A stretch of 63,826 nt of DNA, filler included, from Octopus bimaculoides (GCF_001194135.2; 6 parts of 5 records of this genome joined end to end with filler, not necessarily neighbours in it); one strand, 5' to 3'; positions 48,623 through 62,840 are shown, counted from the whole stretch's first letter. The notes: generated from the sequence alone by a model not told the origin. Numbers and translations: made by a program.

Positions 48623-49770
48623 ATTTCATACCCCCATACCCACATTTTACACAGGTAAAGTAGAACAGTTGATGGGCTTTTATGTAGATAGATGTATGTA
48701 TGTCTGTGAGTGTGGGTGTATGTGTGTGTGTGTGTGTGTGTGTGCATGCACATGTATGTATATGTAAACCAACNNNNNNNNNNNNNNNNNNNNNNNNNNN
48801 NNNNNNNNNNNNNNNNNNNNNNNNNNNNNNNNNNNNNNNNNNNNNNNNNNNNNNNNNNNNNNNNNNNNNNNNNNNNNNNNNNNNNNNNNNNNNNNNNNNN
48901 NNNNNNNNNNNNNNNNNNNNNNNNNNNNNNNNNNNNNNNNNNNNNNNNNNNNNNNNNNNNNNNNNNNNNNNNNNNNNNNNNNNNNNNNNNNNNNNNNNNN
49001 NNNNNNNNNNNNNNNNNNNNNNNNNNNNNNNNNNNNNNNNNNNNNNNNNNNNNNNNNNNNNNNNNNNNNNNNNNNNNNNNNNNNNNNNNNNNNNNNNNNN
49101 NNNNNNNNNNNNNNNNNNNNNNNNNNNNNNNNNNNNNNNNNNNNNNNNNNNNNNNNNNNNNNNNNNNNNNNNNNNNNNNNNNNNNNNNNNNNNNNNNNNN
49201 NNNNNNNNNNNNNNNNNNNNNNNNNNNNNNNNNNNNNNNNNNNNNNNNNNNNNNNNNNNNNNNNNNNNNNNNNNNNNNNNNNNNNNNNNNNNNNNNNNNN
49301 NNNNNNNNNNNNNNNNNNNNNNNNNNNNNNNNNNNNNNNNNNNNNNNNNNATATATATATGATACATGTGTTTATATAAATACACACATATATACATTGG
49401 TATATATGTATGTATACAAACGCACATATATATATATGTTTGTGTGTGGGCAGGGGTGTCTGTTTGTCATGATTCAATTTACACAATATTTCCTATTTGT
49501 AAACATAATAATTCTATAATTCATTCTTCGGTTCGATATTTACTTACGTTTTGACCACTGTCAGATGCGTGACCTAGAGATTCCTTGCTAACATACCAGA
49601 TTTTCAATTTTGATGAAATGTCTGCAATTAGTGTCGAGTTTGGCGACAGATGGACACCCGTAATGACTGAGGTGATTCACAGGGACGGCAAAATAAAAAC
49701 TGGGACAGACATTAAGATGGAATGATCAAGGGAATAAATTTGACAAAACTATGTGTATATGAGTGAGTAT

Positions 49771-49825
<55 letters not shown>

Positions 49826-49910
49826 GTCTGTCTGTCTGTATGTCTGGCTGGCTGTCTGACTGGCTGGCTAGCTGGCTGTCTGCCTATCTATCTATCTATC
49901 TATCTGCCTG

Positions 49911-49942
<32 letters not shown>

Positions 49943-50185
49943 AGATATGTATATACATATGTATATATATATANNNNNNNNNNNNNNNNNNNNNNNNNNN
50001 NNNNNNNNNNNNNNNNNNNNNNNNNNNNNNNNNNNNNNNNNNNNNNNNNNNNNNNNNNNNNNNNNNNNNNNNNNNNNNNNNNNNNNNNNNNNNNNNNNNN
50101 NNNNNNNNNNNNNNNNNNNNNNNNNNNNNNNNNNNNNNNNNNNNNNNNNNNNNNNNNNNNNNNNNNNNNNNNNNNACATATATAG

Positions 50186-50580
50186 GCGCAGGAGTGGCTG
50201 TGTGGTAAGTAGCTTGCTTACCAACCACATTGTTTTGGGTTCAGTTCCACTGCGTGGCACCTTGGGCAAGTGTCTTCTACTATAGCCTCGGGCTGACCAA
50301 AGCCTTGTGAGTGGATTTGGTAGATGGAAACTGAAAGAAGCCTGTCGTATATATGTATATACATATATATATATATGTATGTGTGTCTGTGTTTGTCCCC
50401 CCATCATCGCTTGACAACCGATGCTGGTGTGTTTAGGTCCCCGTAACTTAGCGGTTCGGCAAAAGAGATCGATAGAATAAATACTAGGCATCCAAAGAAT
50501 TAGTCCTGGGGTCGATTTGCTCCACTAAAGGCGGTGCTCCAACATGGCCACAGTCAAATGACTGAAACAAGTAAAAGAAT
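50186..50580 (+). mobile_element. SINE family A (full length)
   Basis: GGCGCAGGAGTGGCTGTGTGGTAAG..GGGTTCAGTTCC..GGCACCTTGGGCAAGTGTCTT..(TA)n..GTCAAATGACTGAAACAAGTAAAAGAAT. Confidence 0.92.
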
Positions 50581-50593
50581 ATATATATGTATA

Positions 50594-51326
50594 TATACAG
50601 GAGGCGATGGGTAAGTTGCCGGCATCTTATATTTTTTACTTCACGCATGCGCATCGTTTGTTTTTGATCTTGTTAATTACACAGTATAGTAGGGTCTGTT
50701 GGGCATCGTCCGTGAGAATAACAGCACCATAAATCAATTCACTCTGCCAGAAATTTGGAAACGACATGCTGTACTACTTGGCATGCATGCCGGAGAGCTC
50801 CAATATGAACATTTCAGAGTGTTTGGGTATCAATTTGAGGTCATGTACCGAGAGTAATAAAAATCAAACATCCAGTCAACATCATGGTGTTTCAAGTGAT
50901 CACTAGTGATGGTGACGTTATGCTTCCATTCATCTTTCCGCATGTTCTTGGACTCAACACACATACCTACATCAAGTGTCTCGAGGTGGTAGTGCAGCCC
51001 TGGGTCAAGAAAGTGGCAGCTGGAAGACGCTATTTCTGACAACAGGACTCTGTACCATACCACACAAGCAGGAGAACCCAGTCATGGTTGTTAGACACTT
51101 TGTGTGACCACATCACCCCTAACATCTGGCCACCTAACTCCCCAGAATGCAACCCACTTGATTATTATATGTGGGGCGCAGGTGAGCGGGAGACCAATAA
51201 AATTCCTTGTAACACGAAGATGAACTTAAGGTAAGGATTATGGCAGCATTGACCAACTTAAACAAGAAAACCGTCTGCAAGAGTTGCAGGAGATTCTGAA
51301 GTCGTCTGGACGCCGTGGTTGAATTT
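50594..51326 (+). mobile_element. Tc1/mariner DD37D (maT-type) transposon, internally deleted and decayed
   Basis: From 50866: KHPVNIMVF..QQDSVPYHTS..WPPNSPECNPLDYYMW. There are 37 residues between the second and third catalytic D. Begins TA-CAGG. Confidence 0.88.
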
Positions 51327-51552
51327 ACTCTGTGGAACATTTAGTCACTTGAATAGTAATTTGAATGAGCTTGATCGAACAACTGAAAAAGTTTGAGACG
51401 AACACTTAGGCGAACACCTGAGTCGAAATTAGAAGCAGCAGATGAGCATTAATATCGCTGTCCGATATTACTGGTTGATGGCTTGTGAAAAAAAAAAAGT
51501 GAGAGAGATGTAATACAAAAGTAAGGAAGTACATAAATAAGTAAACAAATAA

Positions 51553-52030
51553 GGGCTGGCGTAATTATGCGATTAGAACTTTGCTTTCCAGCTACGTAGT
51601 TTCAGGTTCAGTCCCACTGCCTAGCACCCCGGGCAAGTTTTTTCTACTATACCCCACCCCACGAACCGACCAAAACCTTGTGAGTGGATTTGGTAGACGG
51701 AAACTGAAGGAAACCCGTCGTATATGTGTGCCATGTGTGCGTGTGTGTGTTTGTGTGTATATATTTGTCTGTATGTGTGTGTATGTGTGTGTGTGTGCGT
51801 GTGTGTGTGTGTGTGATTGTGTGTTTGTGTTTTTACCCCAACAATACTTGACAAAACGGCGTTGGTTTTGTTCTAATTCACGTAATTACAGCGTTTCCGC
51901 AAAAGGAAACGATACAATACGTAACCGACCTAACAACACAAACAGCACTTGGGTAGATCTATTCGACCAAACCTTTCTAGGTGGCGCCCCTTCATGGCAA
52001 CAGTCTAATGACTGAAACTAGTAACAGCTA
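51553..52030 (+). mobile_element. SINE family A, diverged
   Basis: GGTTCAGTCCCACTG..CCTTGTGAGTGGATTTGGTAGACGGAAACTGAAGG..(TG)n..TAATGACTGAAAC. Confidence 0.8.
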
Positions 52031-52066
52031 AATGATAAAAGATAAAAATAAAGAAATGAAGAAGTA

Positions 52067-52114
<48 letters not shown>

Positions 52115-52356
52115 AAAAAAGAAAGAAAGAAAGAAAGAAAGAAAGAAGGAAAGGAAGAAAGAAAGGAGAAGCGAAAGAATGAAAGAAATGAAGAAGTAAA
52201 GAAAAAAGAAAGAAAGAAAGAAAGAAAGAATGAATGAAAGAAATAAAGAAAGAAAGAAAGAAAGGAAGAAAGAATGAATGAAAGAAAGAAAGAAAGAAAG
52301 AAGGAAAGAAGGACAGAAAGAAAGAAAGAAAGAAAGAAAAAAAGAAAAAAAGAAAA

Positions 52357-52396
<40 letters not shown>

Positions 52397-52487
52397 ATGA
52401 AAGGAAGAAAGAAAGGAGAAGCGAAAGAATGAAAGAAATGAAGAAGTAAAGAAAAAAGAAAGAAAGAAAGAAAGAAAGAATGAATGA

Positions 52488-52518
<31 letters not shown>

Positions 52519-52600
52519 GAAGGAAGAAAGAATGAATGAAAGAAAGAAAGAAAGAAGGAAAGAAGGACAGAAAGAAAGAAAGAAAGAAAGAAAGAAATGA
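52030..52600 (+). repeat. (GAAA)n polypurine tract with an internal 250-bp duplication
   Basis: Almost entirely A/G. The landmark GGAGAAGCGAAAGAATGAAAGAAATGAAGAAGTAAAG recurs with its GCG at 52171 and 52421. Confidence 0.92.
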
Positions 52601-55600
52601 AAGATCTGCCCTCGCTTTATACTCTGTGCATTATTTCTGTAAGTGTTATTACTGTAAGGTGAAAAATTATGTTTTTATGTTTCCTAATAATGCTCATCAG
52701 TCATTCAGAAATGCGTTATATTGTGCAGTGAAATGTTGAAATTTATCATATTATAAAGTGAACTGTACTTTAGATACTACACTGGAAATATAAGTGTGAT
52801 TGTTTGATGTGATGTCTATATATAAGCATATGCATGTATATGTATGAATGTATATGGGTATATTAATGTCTATATGTATCTCACTCTGAACTTGTACGTG
52901 CGTATGAGTGTAATATATGTATGGGATATACAGATATGTATTGAGGCATGTACATATGTATACATACATGTGCATACATACATACATAAAGAATTCATTT
53001 AACATATGCGTTTTACTCCATTTACTAAATTTATATATATATATATATATATATATNNNNNNNNNNNNNNNNNNNNNNNNNNNNNNNNNNNNNNNNNNNN
53101 NNNNNNNNNNNNNNNNNNNNNNNNNNNNNNNNNNNNNNNNNNNNNNNNNNNNNNNNNNNNNNNNNNNNNNNNNNNNNNNNNNNNNNNNNNNNNNNNNNNN
53201 NNNNNNNNNNNNNNNNNNNNNNNNNNNNNNNNNNNNNNNNNNNNNNNNNNNNNNNNNNNNNNNNNNNNNNNNNNNNNNNNNNNNNNNNNNNNNNNNNNNN
53301 NNNNNNNNNNNNNNNNNNNNNNNNNNNNNNNNNNNNNNNNNNNNNNNNNNNNNNNNNNNNNNNNNNNNNNNNNNNNNNNNNNNNNNNNNNNNNNNNNNNN
53401 NNNNNNNNNNNNNNNNNNNNNNNNNNNNNNNNNNNNNNNNNNNNNNNNNNNNNNNNNNNNNNNNNNNNNNNNNNNNNNNNNNNNNNNNNNCCCATCATCC
53501 CACCAAACAGTTTAATCTATCAGTATTCAATAAAATTAAACACAATTCGGAAAACTAGCTACACGATGAGCTTAAAAATTAGAACGAAGTGTTTATATTA
53601 TAATATTTCAGTAGAATATCTTAATATTTAAACGCGTACACTCTTGTATTCACTTCTGAGTGTCTATTTCCGGTTGATGATATCAGTCTTTCTCCGCCAA
53701 ATTAAAAGCTAATGGCTTAACATCTGTTTCGCTGAATATGTATATGAATATGTATATTACACGTGTGAGCACGTTAAAAAACTTCAAAGCATATTGTATT
53801 TATAGAGCATTTGTGCATTTCAGTGTTAACCGTTAGTTAAATAACTATTCACGTCTGAATATCCACTGACAGTTAACAATTTCAGTCATTTTCTGTCACA
53901 TGATTAGTTAATTGCTGAACACCTGTTCGCCTGTTTACGCTATTACAAGCTTCTATATACGATATAATGAAACTCTATGTGTCATAGAATCTGCGAGCAA
54001 TAACGAGACATTGTGGTTCGTTGAATGATAAGAAAATTTAACACGTAAAATATTTGAGTGTTTTGAAGATATTTTGTCTTCTCTCTTCCCCAGATATCAC
54101 ACATATGACAAGACAGTTATAATCCAATTATCCAGATATGCCTTAGAATACAAAAAAAAATGAACAATTCTGCCACAAATGTACTATCACAAATGGAGTC
54201 AGAACATAAAGACAGACGAAGTACCGCTAAGCATTCCGCCCGACGTCTAATGTTTCTGCCAGCTAGCTGCCTTATGGTGTCGGTCAATTGATCACATTTT
54301 TATACAGATTTGTTACGACTTCATTTTCATAAAACATATTTACCTGACTGCATGTGTTAATTCATAGCCATGGGAGATAACTACGTATATCTAAAGCTGT
54401 TTAAACTATGCAGTACGGTAAATGACAAAGGTGTCATTACATATCATAGGTCTTACATTTCGGGTCTGAAGTAAACAATAGTAAGCCTTTGAGTTACAGT
54501 CACTTGTAGAATCATTATTTGAAGTCACGTTCTTATTTATTGTTATAATAAACAAAAGAGGTGAAGAACTGATGATGAAAAGGAATTAGAAACTCTCATG
54601 TATATGTTTTCCAAACAGGATAGTTCAGAACGATAAGCTTTCAGTTAACAACTGAAAAACTGTCAGCTTATTGGAGCCTTATCCATTACAATTTGCCGTT
54701 CGCTACAATAATTTTAAAGTAATATTTAAAGGATTTTATCATTTTTATGTGTTCAGCAAAACAGAGAACTCCTTCAACGCGTTTTGATTTCAAATATCTT
54801 CCGTTATTACATCCGGAAATATATTAATTAAAATCTCAGCGAACAAATTGCAGTGTTTATATATATATANNNNNNNNNNNNNNNNNNNNNNNNNNNNNNN
54901 NNNNNNNNNNNNNNNNNNNNNNNNNNNNNNNNNNNNNNNNNNNNNNNNNNNNNNNNNNNNNNNNNNNNNNNNNNNNNNNNNNNNNNNNNNNNNNNNNNNN
55001 NNNNNNNNNNNNNNNNNNNNNNNNNNNNNNNNNNNNNNNNNNNNNNNNNNNNNNNNNNNNNNNNNNNNNNNNNNNNNNNNNNNNNNNNNNNNNNNNNNNN
55101 NNNNNNNNNNNNNNNNNNNNNNNNNNNNNNNNNNNNNNNNNNNNNNNNNNNNNNNNNNNNNNNNNNNNNNNNNNNNNNNNNNNNNNNNNNNNNNNNNNNN
55201 NNNNNNNNNNNNNNNNNNNNNNNNNNNNNNNNNNNNNNNNNNNNNNNNNNNNNNNNNNNNNNNNNNNNNNNNNNNNNNNNNNNNNNNNNNNNNNNNNNNN
55301 NNNNNNNNNNNNNNNNNNNNNNNNNNNNNNNNNNNNNNNNNNNNNNNNNNNNNNNNNNNNNNNNNNNNNNNNNNNNNNNNNNNNNNNNNNNNNNNNNNNN
55401 NNNNNNNNNNNNNNNNNNNNNNNNNNNNNNNNNNNNNNNNNNNNNNNNNNNNNNNNNNNNNNNNNNNNNNNNNNNNNNNNNNNNNNNNNNNNNNNNNNNN
55501 NNNNNNNNNNNNNNNNNNNNNNNNNNNNNNNNNNNNNNNNNNNNNNNNNNNNNNNNNNNNNNNNNNNNNNNNNNNNNNNNNNNNNNNNNNNNNNNNNNNN

Positions 55601-55934
55601 NNNNNNNNNNNNNNNNNNNNNNNNNNNNNNNNNNNNNNNNNNNNNNNNNNNNNNNNNNNNNNNNNNNNNNNNNNNNNNNNNNNNNNNNNNNNNNNNNNNN
55701 NNNNNNNNNNNNNNNNNNNNNNNNNNNNNNNNNNNNNNNNNNNNNNNNNNNNNNNNNNNNNNNNNNNNNNNNNNNNNNNNNNNNNNNNNNNNNNNNNNNN
55801 NNNNNNNNNNNNNNNNNNNNNNNNNNNATATATATATATATCAACACTGTAAAAAAGATAATTCAACACAAACCCACAGTGCACGGAGCTGAGATCAGAA
55901 GTGTCGTAGAAGCACAATAAAAAGAAGACAAGTA

Positions 55935-56063
<129 letters not shown>

Positions 56064-56640
56064 AGCTGGATTAAGAAAGGCCTGGAAATGTATAAAATAG
56101 CTCCTACTCTGCGAATCTTTTTGTCTGTAAGTATGAGATCATGGAGAACCACACTGACTTTGAACAGTCACTATGAATCTATTAATGCTAGAGATGTAAG
56201 AATTTCACATTGCATTTTCCAGGGTGACTCACTATCCCCAATCCTCTTTTGTTTAGCCTTAATATCTGTCGCGAAATTGCTCAATGATGTACAGTATGGT
56301 TATAGAATGTTCGATAAAAACATAAAACATCTCATTTACATGGATAATTTAAAGCTCTTTGCAAAAAATGACCAACAACTCAAAGGTTTACTAGCGATTG
56401 TTAAACAATTCAGTGATGACATCAGGATGCAATTTGGCTTCGATAAATTTGCAAAAGCTACCTTTATCAAAGGAAACATGACAGAAACATCTAACGTTAA
56501 CCTTGACCAGCAGAATGTCATAAAGGAGTTAGAACCAGCGGAGAGCTACAAATACCTAGTGGTATTTGAAGGGGATGGAATCAAATATTCAGTGATGAGG
56601 GAAAGGATCAGAAGAGAATGTTATCGCAGGGTGAGAGTAG
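56064..56640 (+). mobile_element. R4/Dong-type LINE reverse-transcriptase fragment
   Basis: IFQGDSLSPILFCLAL, HLIYMDNLKLFAKN (YMDD changed to YMDN), DIRMQFGFDKFAK, YKYLV, RRECYRRVR. Truncated at both ends. Confidence 0.9.
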
Positions 56641-56989
56641 GTTCTATCCCGTTCCGTTCGGCTCCGTTTTATTATTAGTTCTGTTCCCATTCCTATCCCC
56701 AGTCCTGTGTCAATTTATAAATTTTAGAATCAGATAAGTGTAATTAAGCCAATAAATATTTTATTTTGCCGTTGTCTACAATTTTAGAGCAAAGTTTTGC
56801 TTGCTTTTGCGATTGCATCGCGTTCTTGTAATTCAAAACTATAGTTTTCCTGTTGTAAAGCTGAGTTGTTCTAACAAAAGTCGCACGCTGTGTTGTTCTA
56901 ACAAAGGTCGTAAGCAGTGCATGGTTGAGTCTTACAGAAGTCTTACATAATTACTATCAAGAGATGTGTTATTGATTTGTAAACATGTG

Positions 56990-57171
56990 CTACAGCCCCC
57001 ATTAGTGGGACCATTATAGAATTTTATTGATATCCAGTAAGCCTGTAATTCAACTGGATGTTAGTTTAGCATGTATGCAAAGTTTCAAGTTTGGTTCACT
57101 GGTGTAGGCAGCAACATGGTAACAGACAAATAGACAGCAGACAGACAGAAAATGAAATTCATGTATGTATG

Positions 57172-57180
<9 letters not shown>
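56990..57180 (+). mobile_element. Possible Helitron/HINE-like non-autonomous 3' region
   Basis: GCAAAGTTTCAAGTTTGGTTCACTGG..ACAGACAAATAGACAGCAGACAGACAG..ATGTAT layout is reminiscent of such elements. No diagnostic terminus confirmed. Confidence 0.25.
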
Positions 57181-57202
<22 letters not shown>

Positions 57203-57644
57203 NNNNNNNNNNNNNNNNNNNNNNNNNNNNNNNNNNNNNNNNNNNNTTAATTAATTAANNNNNNNNNNNNNNNNNNNNNNNNNNNNNNNNNNNNNNNNNN
57301 NNTATATATATATAGATATATATGGTATCAGATATGATTTACATGTCTAATAATTTTTGGATACATATAAGATAAAATTCTATATATTTGTATAAATATA
57401 TACATGATTTATATCATATATTCTTTCTATATGTGTATCATATATATGTATATATATATATATATATATATACGTGTAATGTCTCGACTGGTTTAGTTGA
57501 AGTTTTCCACCACAATATTTAGCTTGAAACTTGGTACGTAATCTATTGGTCAGTTTTGCTGTACAGGTAAATTTCGGCGATGTAATCAAACCAACATTGG
57601 CTGTCAAGCTGTGGATTCACCCACAAACACACACACACATAGGA

Positions 57645-57825
57645 AATACATGAAAGATGGGCTTCGACATATTTCTCTTTTCCTACTCCACTCACAAGGC
57701 AATGGTGGACCAAGGGGTATAGCGTAAGACACTTGCCGAATGTGTCGCGCAATGTCACTGAAACCGAAACTGCGTGGTTGCGATGTGCGAATCCTAAACA
57801 TACTACCAGGCTTTTGCCCATATCG
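57645..57825 (-). mobile_element. SINE family A head, diverged
   Basis: CCACTCACAAGGC..AAGACACTTGCC..ACTGAAACCGAAAC. Confidence 0.6.
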
Positions 57826-58704
57826 ATTTAAGCAAAATTTGACAGTCAGCTGGCAATCTTGGCATAGGCTTGACAGTTCCCTGCTACCTTTAACAGAGTA
57901 GGCTGTTAACTTCCAGTATAACGAACACACGAGATTATGTTTCAAGTACATAAAATATTATTTTCAATATGTTTTTTCAACTCAATGGCGGCGAGCTTGC
58001 AGATTCGATAGCAGCCCGGGCAAAATGTTTAGCAGCCTTTATATTCTTTTCTTCTTTTTTGCCTCAGTCATTGGACTGCGGACATGCTGGAACGCCGTCT
58101 TGGAGGGTTTAGTCGAACAAATCGACCCCAGGAACTTATTTCTAAGGGTATACCCACATAGTTTTGTACCACTGACTTTGTTTTCTTATAATTCTAAGAA
58201 CAATACATACTTTTCAATGAAATGTTTTACAAATATCCTTCAGATGATGTAGTTAACGATTATATTGGAATATCTTGTGAATAAAAAAACTTTCGTGGGG
58301 CGGCGGGGAATTTCGGATAATCCATAGAAATCGACTTCATAACTTCCAGAAAACGGATATTTCTGTAGTTAAATTTTCTACTAATAGCTTTAAGATGGTG
58401 TACATTACAATCAAATCGGAATTTAACGTGGAAAAATTAAGTATAGGGCGTGCAAACATACACACTGACACACATCACACAAGTTTTACAAAATTTCAAG
58501 TTTCATTTTGTAGATAAATATATGATGTGATGTGTGCGCTGGCCTTTTTTATTTTACATTTTTAAACATTAAATTTCGATTTAATTGTAATCCACATTAT
58601 CTGAAATGTATCCGTAAAAAATTTCATCAAAAATAATGATTTTTTTTTTGTGTGGGGGGGGGAGGGAGTTACGAAGAAACAAAGTTAAGTGGGGGACACA
58701 CACT

Positions 58705-59100
58705 TGTCTGAGTATGCATTTTAAGTTACTAGTACTTATTCTATCGATCTCATACCAAAATGGTAAGTTACGGAGATGTAAACCAACCACAACCTGTTGT
58801 CAAGCGCTTCTGGGGCACTAACAACTACAGAAATACATACATGCATACATGTGTGCACGGCGAGCTTTCTGTGTCCGTCTACCAAATTCATTCTCATGAC
58901 ACTTGCCCAAAGAGCAGCGCAGTGAGATTGAACATGGTTGCAAACTAAGTTCCATAACTACTCGGTCATGCCCTGCATGCGGTTTCGGGTTCAGTTGTAC
59001 TGTGCAGTTTCTTGGCCAAGTAGCTTCTACTATAGCTTGGACTGACCACCAGTGCCTGGCGAGAGAATTTGATAGGGGGATAAACTGTAAACCCGTCGTG
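58705..59100. mobile_element. Head-to-head pair of family A SINE fragments (minus 58705-58975, plus about 58975-59100)
   Basis: The minus copy ends at its head (GACACTTGCCCAAA..). It is immediately followed by GGTTTCGGGTTCAG..CTTGGCCAAGTAGCTTCTACTATAGC on the plus strand. Confidence 0.6.
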
Positions 59101-59653
59101 TGTATATATATATATGTGTGTGTGTGTTAGTGTTGTGTGTGTGTGTTTGTGTGCGTGTCAGTGCGCACGCGCACGCGTGTGCGTGTGTGTATGTGTGCGC
59201 GCGTGTGTGTATACTCACACGTGTGTTGAATGTGTTTGTGCGCGCACGCGCATATGCAATGTCCGTGTGTGCAAATGTTCGTGCGTGTTTGTTGTCGCTT
59301 TCTCTGCAAACAGTCACCCAAACATTCGTGCAAACATGTCCGGATGACGAGAGAATAGTCGCCCTGCTTGCAAACAGGTGGTAGTTGGCGAGAACAAAGT
59401 CTCATTCGGTGATAGTAAATCCATCTTATCGAAATTCTGTCTGACTCATGCAAACATAGAAAAACGAGCGCTTTTCCAGCCTGGCATGGAAAAGCGTAAA
59501 TATATATATTTACATTTTCTATATCATCATCTCAAACGAAAGTGATGACAATGCATATACACATGTCAATTGCGATTGCATGTAATATATAATATCACAT
59601 ATCAATGTATATATGAATGCATACATACATACATACATACATACATACATACA

Positions 59654-59686
<33 letters not shown>

Positions 59687-59944
59687 TTAGGACATATACA
59701 AACTTATGTATGTATGTATGTATGTATGTATGTATGTTCTTTCTTTTACTTTTTTATGCGCCTCAGTCCAAAGGCTGTGACTATTCTGGGCACCGTCAGT
59801 GTTGTCACCATTTCAGAAGCCATATTTTTGTGATTGGCTTTTGGTGAATCATGGAGTTCGATATTATTCCCTTTTTTTGAGTGTCTTGACGTGATGTAGG
59901 TTCATTAGGGACCTTGGACAGCAGGAGATCGAGTTGTAATATCT

Positions 59945-59975
<31 letters not shown>

Positions 59976-60075
59976 NNNNNNNNNNNNNNNNNNNNNNNNN
60001 NNNNNNNNNNNNNNNNNNNTTAATTAATTAANNNNNNNNNNNNNNNNNNNNNNNNNNNNNNNNNNNNNNNNNNNN

Positions 60076-60395
60076 GTGTCTTCTACTATAGCCTCGGGCC
60101 GACCAAAGCCTTGTGAGTGGATTTGGTAGACGGAAACTGAAAAAAGCCTGTCGTATATATGTATATATATATATGCATGTGTGTATATGTTTGTATGTCT
60201 GTGTTTGTCCCCCCAACATCGCTTGACAACCGATGGTGGTGTGTTTACGTCCCCGTAACTTAGCGGTTCGGCAAAAGAGACCAATAGAATAAGTACTAGG
60301 CATCCAAAGAATAAGTCCTGGGGTCGATTTGCTCGACTACATGCGGTGCTCCAGCATGGCCACAGACAAATGACTGAAACAAGTAAAAGAGTAAA
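60076..60395 (+). mobile_element. SINE family A (head in gap)
   Basis: GTGTCTTCTACTATAGCCTCGGGCCGACC.. through to the tail. CpGs retained. Confidence 0.92.
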
Positions 60396-60865
60396 AGAGT
60401 AAGAGTATGTAAATGTTGTACACACACAAACACACGCACACACACACGCACGCATACACAGACACATACACACACACGCCCACACGTATACACGCATATA
60501 GATGACTTTGCCTTTCATCCTTTCGAAGTTGTTGACATTAGTATAAATTTAGCACTGATCTGAAATGCGATCGTCTACAGCGCTCCTCCCCAAAAAATAC
60601 ATTTCAGGCCTTCTGTCGTCCAAGGCCAAATGTAAGTGAACCAACACAACCGAACCGCATGAAGGTCAGCATCTCTTTAAAAAACAACAACAAATATTTA
60701 TTAAACATTCAGTAAAATCAAATATTTATATTTATCTGAAGTGTTGATAAACTCATGCAATGCAGATTACGATTGCAAGTGCACAATGTACACAAGGATA
60801 AATTGCAATTTTTCTCAGAGTATGAAATAGAAAATAGTTCGACCAATATACTAGGAGATACGGTA

Positions 60866-60947
<82 letters not shown>
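60866..60947. repeat. (TCTA)n microsatellite
   Basis: About 20 perfect units. Similar runs lie at 8396-8435 and about 49770-49825. Confidence 0.93.
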
Positions 60948-60957
60948 NNNNNNNNNN

Positions 60958-61014
<57 letters not shown>

Positions 61015-61016
61015 TA

Positions 61017-61198
61017 GGGAGAATTCGCAAAAAACAACAACAAAAGCCGAAGACAGGTAGTGTAGACAACAAACAGATATATTAGTATAACGCTCGGGAA
61101 GTGAAAAAGTCTTTAACGTTTCGAGCCTACGCTCTTCCACAGAAAGCAACACAGGAAGAAACAATGGGAGAAACAAGGAGAGAAAAAAGAATGCCACA
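61017..61198 (-). mobile_element. Short Penelope-LTR-like repeat with hammerhead-like motif (HH family 2)
   Basis: Reverse strand CTTT-CTGTGGA-A-GAGC(GTAG)GCTC-GAAACGT-T-AAAG at 61146-61111. Flanked by (TA)n on both sides. Confidence 0.62.
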
Positions 61199-61300
61199 CA
61201 TATATACATATATATATATGCATATATACATGCATTCATATATACATGTATATATATGCATATATACGTGCATTCATATATACATATATATATATATGTA

Positions 61301-61358
<58 letters not shown>

Positions 61359-62404
61359 NNNNNNNNNNNNNNNNNNNNNNNNNNNNNNNNNNNNNNNNNN
61401 NNNNNNNNNNNNNNNNNNNNNNNNNNNNNNNNNNNNNNNNNNNNNNNNNNNNNNNNNNNNNNNNNNNNNNNNNNNNNNNNNNNNNNNNNNNNNNNNNNNN
61501 NNNNNNNNNNNNNNNNNNNNNNNNNNNNNNNNNNNNNNNNNNNNNNNNNNNNNNNNNNNNNNNNNNNNNNNNNNNNNNNNNNNNNNNNNNNNNNNNNNNN
61601 NNNNNNNNNNNNNNNNNNNNNNNNNNNNNNNNNNNNNNNNNNNNNNNNNNNNNNNNNNNNNNNNNNNNNNNNNNNNNNNNNNNNNNNNNNNNNNNNNNNN
61701 NNNNNNNNNNNNNNNNNNNNNNNNNNNNNNNNNNNNNTATATATATATATATATATATATCGATGTTATACTGTTTTATACAGATTTGTTTTGTTATGCA
61801 GAATATTCACTCATATTTGATAAGACGGCAAAATGAATATAAATAAGAAATTGAATAAAAAAAAATAAACAAAAGTATTTTTACTATTCTAAAACTAAGC
61901 CTAAATTTCTCAGCCTATTTCATCACCGAAGAAATTACCCGCTAAAATCACGTCACATCTTCCCATGTATTCATCTTGGTACATTTTTCTATTCTTTGCC
62001 ATCCAAAATAAAGCGTCTCGGTTAAAGTCCATTCATCCCCACCCATTACCAAGTTGTTTTGAAAGAACATAAAAGACAGACGAGGCGATGAGATTTCACT
62101 ACATCCCAGAGAGGTAGTATTTGGTCAAAACTAACCAGAATATTACATTTAACGGCGAGTCAACCGCTGGCAGTTCAGTTCTATTGCTGTCTAAATATAT
62201 TTATAATACGCCCCAAGAACGAAAAAAATAATCCTGGTCTACAAGTAAGTATCTTGCGCCTTTACCAATTCTTCTTTCAGGAGTTGTCATGTATTGTCAT
62301 GTATTGTCATTCTTGTCATTGTTTAGCACGAAATCAGTCAAGTTTCAGAAGCACAGTGATGTCACCATTCCATGCATGACCATCACATATGTTTATATCT
62401 TTTA

Positions 62405-62840
62405 TTTTTTTTACCTTTTAGTTGCTTCGGTCACTAGATTACGTTAATGCTAGGGCACCGCCTTGAAGAATTTAGGAATTTTTAGTTGAACGAATCGACC
62501 CTAGCACTAATTTTTTTTTTTTAAGCTTGGTAGTTTTTTTATCGCTGCCTTTTGGCGAACCGCTTACTTACGGGAATATAGACTCACCAACACCGAATGT
62601 CAGGCATTGGTGCGGGACAAACACAAACGCAAAAACACACAGATACATACAGATACACACACACACACAAATAGATATGTATTCGAAGGGCTTCTTTGAG
62701 TTTCCATCTACTAACCCCACTACAAGGCTTTGGTTAGCACGAAGTTAAAGTAAAAAGGCACTTGCCCAAAGTGCCACACAGTGGGACTGAATCCGGAACC
62801 ATGTGGTTGGGAAGCAAGCTTCTTATCACATAGTCATGCC
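62405..62840 (-). mobile_element. SINE family A variant
   Basis: CACTTGCCCAAAGTGCCACACAGTGGGACTGAATCCGGAACCATGTGGTTGGGAAGCAAG plus the tail segment. Confidence 0.8.

Noticed and set aside
59469-59496. 10-bp perfect hairpin CGCTTTTCCA/TGGAAAAGCG, plus similar short stems at about 680-710, 11008-11040 and 35772-35810
   Set aside because: Too short to distinguish from chance in 64 kb, with no supporting context.
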